Positions 27,499 through 38,351 of a stretch of DNA of 64,000 nt are shown piece after piece. The notes beneath the pieces were generated by a model that was not told the origin of the DNA, did no database searches, and was given only the letters and a program-made list of their open reading frames with translations. The DNA is from Ptychomitrium polyphyllum. Taxonomy: Eukaryota. A program made the translations under genes and the position numbers. The stretch is from positions 16,926,001 to 16,990,000 of the forward strand of contig OZ316775.1 in assembly GCA_973851085.1 (NCBI GenBank), written 5' to 3'. The first letter of the stretch is position 1, and every line of letters begins with the position of its first letter.

Positions 27499-30400
27499 CT
27501 ATAATCCAATTGACCTCGTCAACAACTGGTGTCTATCCTTGACCAATGCTTTTGTCAACAAATCAGCAAGCATGCCCTTTGTTGCACAATACCTCATATC
27601 TATCACTCCATCTTCAATCTTCTCTCTTATGAAGTGATGTTGGATGTTGATGTGCTTTGTTCGTGAATGATGCTTGGGATTCTTGGCAAAGGCAAGACAT
27701 CCTTGATTGTCACACATGATGGGCGTTGCACCCAGTTGTACAAGTCCAATGTCCTCCAAGAGTTGCCTCAGTTACATTGCTTCCATCGCACCATGACTTG
27801 CCGCCATGTACTCCGCCTCTATGATTGACCTTGCAATTGTAGGTTGCCTCTTGCAGTTCCAAGAGATGGCTCCCACTCCAACAAAGAACACATATCTTGT
27901 TGTGGAGCGCCTATCATTTGCATCTCCAGCCCAATCCGCATCACAAAACCCCTACAACTCAATGTTATCACCTCCCAAATACAACACAAAGTCCAAGGTG
28001 CCCTTCAAGTACCTCATGATCCTTTTGATGGTTGCCCAGTGCATGGGGCCGGCCTTGGACATGTGTTGGCTCACAACACTCACCGAAGATGCAAGATCAA
28101 ATCTTGTGCCCACCACGGCATACATGAGGGACCCAACTCCGGCCTTGTATGGAATGCCTTGCATTTCGCCCTCTACTTGAGCATACTCCTCATCACTTAG
28201 CTTCATCAACCTCAAGTTTGCCTCCAAAGGCGTTCGCACTGGCTTGCAGTCTTCCATGTTGAATCGCTTCAATACCTCTTCAATGTACTTCCTCTGGCTC
28301 ATGGTGATGGTCCTCTTCGCACTATCCCTTACAAATTCCACTCCAAGACAATAGTGTAACTCGCCCAAATCACTCATCTCAAACTCCTGCTCTAATTTGG
28401 CCTTCAGCCACTCTAGCTTCTCCAAAAGGTTGGCCAACATGATCAAGTCATCTACATAGAGAATCACAATTAACAAGAACTCCATGGTCTGAATGACATA
28501 CAACGAATGATCCGCCTCACTTCTCACAAATCCTTCCTTCGTAAAGACTGCATCAATGCGTTGGTACCATACCCTTGGTGATTGCCTAAGCCCGTACAAG
28601 GCCTTCTTCAACTTGCAAACAAGATATTCCAAGCCTTCATGTACAAACCCTGGAGGCTGCTCCATGTAGATATCTTATTCCAACTCTCCATTTAGGAAGG
28701 CCGACTTCACATCCATTTGGTGCACCTCCAAGTCCATTGTCGCTGCTATGGCCAAGATGGTCCTAATGGTGGTGAACTTGGCCACAGGTGCAAATGTCTC
28801 ATTGAAGTCCACACCAGCAACTTATGAGTATCCTTTTGCAACTAGCCTTGCCTTGAGCCTCACAATTGCACTCGAAGCATCCCTCTTGGTTCTAAACACC
28901 CACTTGCAATCCATGGAAGAATGATTTGGAGGATGTTGAGTCAAGTGCCATGTGCCATTGTCCATGAGCGACTTGTACTCCTCTTCCATGGCCTTCTCCC
29001 ACTTCATTGCATCCGTGGACTTCAAGGCATCGCACATAGATAAAGGATCAACAAGGAGGGCAACATTGGCATGTTCTGCACTCACTTTGGGAAAGATGTG
29101 GTTCTTCCACCATTCACCAAGTGGCCTCCTCTTTCTTATGGGGTACCTCCTACCACTCATTGCAGGCTGCTCCTCTTGTAATGCATCCCCTTCTCCTTCA
29201 CTTAGAGGTTGATCCTCCTCACTTGGATGAAGATGCTCACCATCATCTTGTGAGGCTCTTCTGCTGGTTTTAAGGGTGGAAGTAGCCTTGCTCTCCCCCT
29301 CCATTGTTCCTTCACCTCCATCCGCATTTCCACCTTCATTCTTAGTTGTTGTGGAGGATGTGTCCACAATCACACTATTACTCCCACTTGGACACATTTC
29401 CAAGTACTCACAAGCACTCTTGTGCTCCAAGAACTCAACATCACAACTCTTGATGATCTTCTTGCTCTCCACACACATCAACCTATACGCCTTGCTGCCC
29501 TCACAATAACCAAAGAACACACACTTTGTATCCTTTGCATCAAGCTTGGACCTCATGCAATCTGGAACCTTTGCATATGCAAGGCATCCGAAGGTCCTCA
29601 CGTATGAAACACAAGGCTTCTTACCACTCCAAGCTTCTTCAGGGGTCATTGATGTAAAGGCACTTGTGTGGCACCTATTTCTTGTGTACACCGCAATCAA
29701 CACTGCTTCCGCCCACAACTCATGCCCAAGATGTTGAGCATGAAGCATGCTCCTTGCCATCTCTACAATGGTGCGGTTTGCCCTCTCAGCAATTCCATTT
29801 TGTTGTGGAGTGTATGGAGTGGAGGTTTGCCTTGCAATGCCTTCATTCCTCAGGAAGTCATCAAAACATTTGGATAAGAATTCACCACCATTATCCGAAC
29901 GCAACACCTTGATCTTCGACTCACATTGCTTCTCCATAAGCGCCTTGAACTCCTTGAATCTTGCAAAGCATTCGCTCTTGGCCTTGAGGATGAACACCCA
30001 TACTTTCCTCGAATAATCATCAATGAAGGTGAGGAAGTACCTTGCTCCCCGATGGATGGAGCCCTCATAGGCCCGTACACGTCGGAATGCACAATCTATA
30101 ACAGTTTGCTTGCACGAGTTGCCATTCCACTTGGAAATGACGACCTTTGTTGCTTACCTTGGATGGAAGCCTCACAAGCAAGTTCCTTGGCCTTGTGGCA
30201 TGTTGTACCGAGATCCAAGCAGCTTACCATGCCTTGGAGCTTCTTCATGGCCTTCACATTAAGGTGCCCAAGGCGCCCATGCCATATGCCAAACTTGTCT
30301 TGGTCTTCAATGAATTCAGCAAAGGTCGCCACCTCCACTCCTATTGCGCACCTCGCCATGAGGAGTGCCTGCAACACTAAGGGCACAAGGGAGACCTTGA

Positions 30401-32681
30401 AGGACGTCCGGGACTTGTGGCGCCGATAGTGTGGAGAACCTAGTGGGCCTAACATGGGAAGGACTTCTAGGGGGAGAAACATCCTTGCCCATATAGATCG
30501 ATGGCCACGAGGGATAAATCGTAGGCATTAAAGGAATCATGCAGAGTTGATTCTAGAATGCTAAGGATTGCCCAAATCAGACATGGGAGCTAAAAGTTAT
30601 GGCACCTCAAATTTGGGGTTGCCAAGGGGCTGTTCTAAAGTGTGGCAGCCCTACACAGTGACTGTGCTGGAGTGGGATAGTCCAAGGAGGGACTCCCCGG
30701 GAGTCCCGAACTTTGTGAGAGGCGTATCTCTCACAATAATAACTCAAATCGGACGTTTGAGGAATCTATCGGCATCTAAGCGAAGAGTAGATGACGATAG
30801 AGTTGTTGCTTGATACATTCGGGCACCAAATGAGGAAGATATGGCGCCCTGAAGGTCCGTTGGGAGTCCCGGAGGCTTCCAGCGGCTAAGTCCCATGGGG
30901 GATCGGGTGGTCTTCAAAAACTCTAGGTGTGTCGGGGTTCAGCTAGCTCCAGAGGGCCAAGGGGCCTGCCAAATCCCATAGAGAGTACTATAAGGGAGGG
31001 CTGGTCCTCCTCCCAACTCCCCTAGTGTCCCGGTAGAGACCAAGGGTGAGTCCCGGTTGGTGGAGCTAGTGTTGAGGCTTCACCACGGGGACTCCCAAAC
31101 CATTGTGAGCCGGTGGACGACCGGTTTCACAAAGGGAAATAGCACGTTCAAAAGGGTACGCTTGTGACCACTAAATTGAGGTGGTGTCTTCACGCCAGCA
31201 CCATGATGGCCCGGGGTGATTTTAGGATCACTTGGGCATCATGAGTGGTGGTGAGGAGACACCACTAAGTGCGGTTAGGCCGTGTGGAATGGGAGTAACA
31301 CCAAGTGAGGCCTTGGACATGAATGGAAGTCCGCACCTAACCATTGGCTACTAATAAATTGGGTGTCCTAAGAGAAATGGTAGAAAGACTTAAAAAGTGA
31401 GAATGGGGGTTAACCATGTGCATGTAGAGGTGTACAGGGTTAACACGCGTGACGCTTGCTAAGGTGCATTGCAAGGGTTGCGACAACTCCATTCACCTTC
31501 TTACACTTGATGAAGTACAAGTTGCCATCCCTCAACCCCGTGGCAACAACATCTCCACTTAATGACTTCACAATACATCCATTCACATTGAAATGAGCCA
31601 CAAACCCTCCCATCACAAGTTTGCTCACCGAAAGGAGGTTGGACTTCATCTTTGGTACATGCAGCACGTCCTTGAAGGTGATCCTTCTGGTCTTGCCTCC
31701 GACAACAACCTCCACCATAATGGAACCCGTTCCAATGGCCTCCCCCACGCCATTGTCACCCATGAGCACACTAGTGGCTGCAATTGCCTCATAAGTATGA
31801 AATGAGCACTTGTAAGGAGTCATGTGCTTTGTGGCGCCCGAATCAACTATCCACTTGGATAGGGCCGCCATAGGTGTCCCCTCGCTTGCCATGAAGGTAC
31901 AATCACCACCTCTAAGGTGGTCCATCACATGGTTGGCATCCTCCCTCTCTGCTTTCTTGGCCTTGTAGCAATTTCGAGCAAAATGACCTGGTTTTCCACA
32001 CACAAAGCACGGTCGAAGATTTGGACGCTAATTGGAGTAGGTGGCCTTGCCTTGCCTCAAGAAGAGGGCGGAATACTCACTTGAATTCGCCTTCTCCTTC
32101 CTCTTGGTGTCCTCGTGGCTCAATCTCGCCGTCACATGGTCCATGGTGAGGTCCTTGATGGGAATGGATTCCAAGGCCACTATGAGATAGCTATAGGACT
32201 CTGGCAAGCTCATGAGCAATGTAATCACAACATCGGACTCTTCCAATGGCTTGTTAACAATGGCAAGTTGCCTTGCAAGGGCCTTCAACTTGTTCACATG
32301 CTCCATGAGGTCGTGGCCTTCTTCCATCTTGCAGTTCAAGAGCTTCCTCTTTGTGAAGATGATGTTGGAGAGGTTCTTGCTCTCATAGATGTTGCAAAGC
32401 ATTTTCCATGCTTCTGCTAGTCCTATGCAAGAGATGATATGGGCAAAGTTGGCATCATCAAGGTTGGTGGCAAGAATGCCAAAAGCCTTCTTCTCACGAC
32501 ATTGGAACTCCTTCCTTTCCTTTGCATCCGCCGACAATGGTAAGGCAACCTCAGTCTCATCTATGATGTCCCAAAGGTCCAAAGGAGCCAACAAGAGCTC
32601 CATCTTAACCTTCCATTAGTAGAAGTTATCACCATGAAACTTTTGAATGACCTTCAAACCTTCACCTTCACTCAAAACCAT
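27499..32681 (-). pseudogene. Copia gag-pol polyprotein (stops, frameshifts, solo-LTR insertion)
   Basis: CFVCGKPGHFARNC, WIVDSGATKHM, WHGRLGH, LRSDNGGEF, PQQNGIAER, KARLVAKGYS, LYVDDL, SRTKHINIQHHFIRE, ADLLTKAL. Confidence 0.95.
30342..31485 (+). mobile_element. Solo LTR (1,144 bp) of the element C gypsy family, inserted in the copia pol
   Basis: Homologous to 54560-55721 and 61189-62317; perfect 5-bp TSD ACTCC (30337-30341 and 31486-31490). Confidence 0.95.
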
Positions 32682-33110
32682 GGCTTAAGATGAGGTAAAA
32701 AGCAAACCTTCAAACAAACTATTTCCTGGACTCCTCTGCTTCTCACAAGTCTTCACAACTAGGAGTCCCAAGACAAGCCTTTCAAATCACTATGTCCACT
32801 CAATAAGCACACTTATCAATGAACTCACAAGACAACAACACCAATCACAAAATGGTGTTAGGGAGCTTGAATCCAACAAAGACACTATCAAGGTCTTATC
32901 ACCACTCAAGGCAATTCACTATCCAAGGAATTTCAACAACTACAACCCTATTAGAGCTCAAGAAACATCAAACCAAGCACCTACATGAGCAAAACGTCAA
33001 AGTTAGGCGTTTCTTACTCTATTCTCAAAAACTATGAAGTGTTCTTGCTCCACACAAGAACAACAACTACAAACACTTCAAGCTACTTCAAAAGACACAA
33101 CTAAGTGTGA

Positions 33111-33124
33111 GTGGGCCCATAACC
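33111..33124 (-). promoter_or_regulatory. Copia PBS complementary to the anticodon arm of initiator Met tRNA (half-tRNA priming)
   Basis: Minus strand GGTTATGGGCCCAC lies directly after the 5' LTR and pairs with GUGGGCCCAUAACC of plant tRNA-iMet. Confidence 0.9.
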
Positions 33125-33489
33125 TACTGAACAAATGCAACAAAGCTAGTACAATAAGCAAGAAGAGAGAGAGCAAAGTTGCAACAAGAGAAGTGTGGAG
33201 CAAGATGACTCCCACCTCCAAAACCCCTCTACTTATACTTGAGAGTCATCCACCAAAATGTGCCACTTGGCGGCCATGCATTTGCCTCCACTATATGAGT
33301 GACATGTGGCGGCTAACCCTAACCCTAGCCGCCATACAAAACCCTTGTTGCCTTATTTTAACCCTAGCCTCCATATCCCCTGTGGCCTCCATTTTCATAT
33401 TTCTTTGACCATTAGTAACATATCAAGCTCTAAGCCTCAACCAGGATACTTCAACTAGGATTACTTTATATGTTTCACATTTTGCAACA
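33125..33489 (-). repeat. Copia 5' LTR
   Basis: Direct repeat of 27108-27471; begins TGTTG on the minus strand. Confidence 0.95.
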
Positions 33490-33545
33490 ACTGGAAGGTT
33501 CTAGAATGTTCCATGGACTATGTTGCATGATCTATGTCTCTAACA
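33490..33545 (-). repeat. Proximal part of the 3' LTR of element B
   Basis: TGTTAGAGACATAGATCATGCAAC... directly follows the PPT and continues at 27107 after the copia insertion. Confidence 0.88.
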
Positions 33546-34196
33546 TCACCTCCTCATTTAGCAACGAGTTCCATGAGGAGCTCTATCCTTGGCTTGCTTG
33601 TCACATTTCTACAAATTCCAAAATTTATCGAAGGAGTGAAGCAACATACTCTACTTGTTGTTCTTTGTTCATTGGTTCAACTGGTCCTTGCAAAAAGTGC
33701 CAATGGCCACCAGCCAAGATTTTTGTTGTTGAAATGTCTCATCCCAAAATTTGATCTTGATAAGTCCTTCAAAACATCCTCCAAACAAGATTTCGGGTCC
33801 TCCAAGAGTGACTCTTCTAATTTCTAACAAGATGACTAGAGCGCGAGCATCTGAATCAAGACTGGAATGTGGAAGGCGACTAGCCAATACTTTTGCTTCA
33901 AGTCCTACTCGACGTTGGGATGTCCCTCCCATATCTTAAATTAAATTCTCCAATCCTCAGGGCTGAGAAAGTTGAATTGAATCAATATATGTTGTTGTTG
34001 ATGAAGGCATAACCGACTGCTCTTCACGCATATCCATGATAACACGAAGATTTGACATACTGGCTAGGATCTCAAAATGATCTATCTTGGAAATAATGCT
34101 GCATACAATTGGAGGTTTGGATATCTCTCCTCCCTTCTTATACTTGTCTATGAAGGAAAAACTTCTTTGTGAAGCTAATGGCTGCTGATGACACAT
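33546..34196 (-). pseudogene. Accessory ORF of unknown function downstream of pol in element B (degenerate)
   Basis: ORFs 33957-34202 and 33669-33932 are in the same frame; motifs align with the equivalent region of element D. Confidence 0.7.
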
Positions 34197-34201
34197 TATC
34201 A

Positions 34202-37109
34202 CTAATCTGGTTTCTGAGGATATCTTTGATGAAATTCGCGTTCCTTCTCAAATGCATTTGTTACATTCGTTGAAGGTTCCCATGTTTGGTCATTGATGCC
34301 ATATCCTAACCAATGTATAAGGTACTCCACATGTCCGTTCTTGATGCGTAAATCTAAGATCTCTTCTACTTCATATTCAATTCCATTATTGATTTCCAGC
34401 GAAGAAGGCGGAGGGACAATTCTCTCTGATATACATGATTTGTTATAGGTTTCCAACAACAATACGTAGAATACTGGATGAATTTGCACGCTTGGTGGTA
34501 GCTTTAGGCGATAAGTAACCGGATTTATTTGTTTGCTGATTTCAAACGATCAAAGCCTTTGATAGTCCAACTTCTTTGATGGTCTTTTTGTTTGTATATT
34601 TCGTCGTAGGAGCCATACGCTATCTCCAACCTTGAACTCTGGGTGGTCCATTCGATGGCGATCTACATAAGTTTTGTAACAATTTTGAGCTTGTTGTGAC
34701 TAGAAGGCTATTTTCTTGTTAAATTTGAGCAAGTTGAATTGCAAAATCCTCTGCTACAGGACTTCCAACATGCTTCACTTGAAATGGATCTGCTCGAGGA
34801 TGATGGCCATAGTTTGCAAAGAATGGACTTTGGGTTGTTGAAGAATGCACCGTATTGTTGTAAGCAAATTCTGCCAAAGGCAAGAGGTCCATCCAATTGT
34901 CTTGCTGGTAGTTTATGCTACAATGAAGGTACTGCTCCAAAATTTGATTCACGCGTTCGGTGTGGCCATCAGTTTGTGGATGGTGTGTTGAAGAAAGATT
35001 GATTTTTATACGCAACAGCTGGAATAGAGCCCTCCAAAAGTTGGAAATGAACTGCGGCCCTCGATCAGATACAATATCATCTGGTAGTCTATGTATGCTG
35101 TAGACGTGATTTAGGAACAACTTCGCAGTTTCTTTTCTTGTTACCGTCTTATTGCATGGAATGAAATGTGCCATTTTGGTGAATCGATCCACCACTACCA
35201 AAATAGAATCCTTAGAATCGGAATTTGGAAGGTCCATAATAAAATCCATTGATAAAGACAAGCATGGACTATTTGGCACTGGAAGCGGATGGAGGAGACC
35301 ATGAGGTAGGTGCCTTGGTACCTTGGCTCTTGCATAAGTGTCGCATGATTGAACAAAGTCCTTCACATACTTCCACATTTGTGGCCACCAATAGCTTCTA
35401 ACAATCAACTCCATTGTTTTATTGAATCCAAAATGTCCTTATGCTAGAAAATTATGACATGCTTGAAGGATCTTCAACTGCAAAGGTCCTAGAAGTAGGT
35501 ACAAAAGTTCTTTATAATAACGTAGGCTTTCTTAGAATTCAAAGTCCTAATCGCTATTTGAAGGATTTCTATTGTCTTTGAGGCGCTTCTTTATATTTAA
35601 AACAAAGACGCCATTCTTTAAAGCCTTCCGAATTTTGTGAAGATGAAATGTTGACGTAATAATTGTTGCTTTCAATTGAAGATTCATTGGTTTCAATAAA
35701 ATAGTTCATTGTTGATTCAGAACATCATCTCCAGATTAAAGAGCTAAATAAGATCTTCGAAATAAGAAATCTGGCTTATCTTGCAAGCTACCAGATCGAT
35801 AGGTAATGACAAAGTCAGATCCAGAAAGCGTCATATTCCACCTTGCTTGATGGCGATTCAAAACACGTGCACTCATGAAATACTCCAAGTTCTTGTGGTC
35901 TGTGTATATTGTAACGGTATGTTGAGCTCGTTCCAATAAGTCTTGCCATTCTTCAAATGCATCCACAATTGCAAATAGTTCTTTATCATGTATATCATAG
36001 TTGATCTCCGCCGTTGAAAACTTCCTTGAACGAGAGGCAAGAAGGTGAAGTTTTTCGTCTTCAACATATTGTGAGAACTCTGAGCCAAGCACTTAATCTG
36101 AGGCATCCGCTTCCAAATAAAAAGGCTTTGGTGGATTTGGATGAATAAAAATTAGAACCAACGTGAATGACTTCTTAAGACTTTGAAATGCTTTTCCCGC
36201 ATCTTCATCCCAAATGAATTTTTGCTTCCCCCTAAGATGTGTTAATGGTACCGCAATCTTGGAATAATCCTTGATGAATATCTTGTAGAAGTTTTTAAAT
36301 CCCAAAAAGCATTAAACATCTCGAATTGATCTTGGAGTACTCCACTCCATGACAGTGCTTATTTTTTTCTTATCCATATGGATTCCTCCTTTGGAAATGA
36401 TGTAGCCTAAAAATTCAACCGAGGATTCATGGAAAAGGCACTTCTCCAATTTGGCATATAACCCTCCCTGGCGTAGTTTTTCTAAGACCAGTCGCACATG
36501 ACATTTGTGGTCTTGTTCATCCTTTGAATATATCAAAGTGTTAACGAAGCTGATGACTACAGAATCATCCAGATGTTTTTAGAAGATATCATTCATCATG
36601 TGTTGGAAGACTGTGGGGCCATTAGTTATGCCAAAAGGCATGACATTGTATTCAAAATGGCCATATCTAGATCAAAAAGTTGTCTTCCATTCGTTTCTTT
36701 CTTTGATGCGTACAAGATTGTAGGCTCCTCTAAGGTCAATTTCGTGAATATTTTTACTTTGCGTAGTTGTTCTAGGAATCCTGAGATTAATGGTAATGGA
36801 TGGCAATTCTTTTTTGTTACTTTATTGAGGCCTCAATAGTCCACGCACATACGTAATGATTCATCTTTCTTCTTTACGAATAGAATAGGTGCTCCAGCAG
36901 GTGATTTAGAGTGTTGAATGAAACCCTTTCCAAGGTTTTCATCAATATATTCTCTCAAGGCAGTCAACTCGGTTTGTGATAAATTATAAATAGGTCCAAA
37001 AGGTGGTTGGGCTCCTTCTTGCAACTCAATGGTACAATTGTAAGGCCGGTGCTTTGGTAATATGTCCACATTTTTTTTTTCAAAAACATCTTTATAATCT
37101 TGATATTGA
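34202..37109 (-). pseudogene. pol: pol of element B (RT-RNase H-integrase-chromodomain)
   Basis: YWWPQM, SMDFI, VVVDRFTKMAHF, SDRGPQF, HPQTDG; chromodomain EYEVEEILD...YLIHWLGY...TWEP. Confidence 0.93.
35922..37109 (-). repeat. Right arm of the 1,188-bp inverted repeat (partner 24963-26150)
   Basis: Reverse complement of 24963-26150. Confidence 0.93.
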
Positions 37110-37569
37110 TTTTTATTAAAGCATCTAAGTTGTTCAATAATGGTGATTGTTTTTGTATTGATGGTGCAAACCACAATAGTGTATTGTTTGATAGAAGAGT
37201 GGCTATAAATCCCACTTGAGTAGTGCCATTATGATAGCAAGATTGATTCAAACTAAGAAAGAGCCTTACTTGTTGAACAAAGCCTGTCAACTTTGACCTT
37301 GGTCCATTAAATTTGTTTGGCATACTATTATTTGGATGTGCATAGATTTGACAAAATACTTTGTTTTTAGTATTGGCCTCTTGCAATTGAACAACTTATT
37401 AATATGAACTGTGAACATTGCTATTGGATTCTTTAGCTTGCCAAGTGTGCTGCTGAAAATTGTTGATGGTGTTGAAGCAAGCAAGTTCCGTTCAACTTGT
37501 GTTTAATAATTTTTGAAGGTCTACAATAGTTACAAACCTTTTCTTTGATGTTTTTGGTACTTCATTCAT
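37110..37569 (-). pseudogene. gag: N-terminal gag fragment of element B
   Basis: MPNKFNGPRSKLTGFVQQVRLF...SPLLNNLDALIK aligns with gag of A, then joins directly to RT-region sequence. Confidence 0.85.
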
Positions 37570-37809
37570 TATTTAGGTCTGTAAAAGAAGAAAAGACTAT
37601 GAACATCTTCAAAAGGAGCTAATTTGCATCTTTTGGAAGATTAATCCTTCTTTAAAACAAATAGTATTTGCTTTTACAAGATGAAATCATCTTATGGTTT
37701 TAACTTAGAGGAGGGTAATCCGCAACTTCTAAGACACTATGGAATCCTAAAGAAGATGGGAATCTACCATCTTCTTCAAAGAACCTTTATTTTGACAAAG
37801 ATGAAGAAT

Positions 37810-37820
37810 AGTCTTGCCAA
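37810..37820 (-). promoter_or_regulatory. Self-priming-type PBS of element B
   Basis: TTGGCAAGACT, 2 nt after the LTR, complementary to the family LTR motif AGTCTTGCCAA. Confidence 0.8.
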
Positions 37821-37822
37821 AT

Positions 37823-38351
37823 TGTTAGGGATATAAAAATCAAGAAGCAAAGACAAAGTGCTTTTTAAGATTTAACTTTCAAAGAACTAATGATTAACAA
37901 GAACTAATATGAAGATTAGAATAATATTGGATACAATATGATCTATAATTTTTGTTGGAAAGACTATGGTATACCTTGTCTTGTTTCCTATTTATACTAT
38001 GACACTTGTGTCTCTTAAGATACTTTTAAAGAAGCATCCTACAAGGCCTAAGAATGTACTAGAAATTAATGGAACTTTCCTTGGAAATTTGGCAAGATAG
38101 TAGAACCTTCATAAAATGCTTGAAGGGTGTTGGAACCTTGTCTAGATATTCTTAAAGGTGGTAGAACCTTGTTAGGAAGTTTCCCAAAGTAATCAAAGCT
38201 TCTTAGGAAGTTTTTCAAGGTGGTGGATCCATCCTTGAAAGGTTTGCAAGGAAGTAGAAACGGCTATGGAGACATTGAATGTAATTTAAGAAACTGCTGT
38301 AATATACTGGAAGGTTCTAAAGATTAAGTTGCATGATCTTTGTCCATGACA
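37823..38351 (-). repeat. 5' LTR of element B (529 bp)
   Basis: TGTCATGG...TAACA on the minus strand; homologous to the LTR of A. Confidence 0.9.

Larger units (their letters stand above)
27108..33489 (-). mobile_element. Full-length Ty1/copia element (half-tRNA-iMet primed), degenerate
   Basis: Paired ~364-bp LTRs, about 96% identical by manual count; TSD ACTAG/ACTGG; gag-PR-INT-RT-RH domain order. Confidence 0.95.
26595..38351 (-). mobile_element. Ty3/gypsy element B (same family as A) with chromodomain; internal gag-PR deletion; 3' LTR split by a copia element
   Basis: 5' LTR 37823-38351, PBS, partial gag, RT-RH-INT-chromodomain, PPT GAGGAGGTGA (33546-33555), 3' LTR. No matching TSD at the outer ends. 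Confidence 0.88.

Noticed and set aside
30316..30813. ORFs inside C-family LTRs (also 55036-55242 and 61739-62294)
   Set aside because: They lie within LTRs and the frames are not preserved among the three copies.
27806..32619. Many plus-strand ORFs over the copia element, and minus-strand ORFs over element C
   Set aside because: Antisense shadows of gag-pol coding sequence with no independent motifs.
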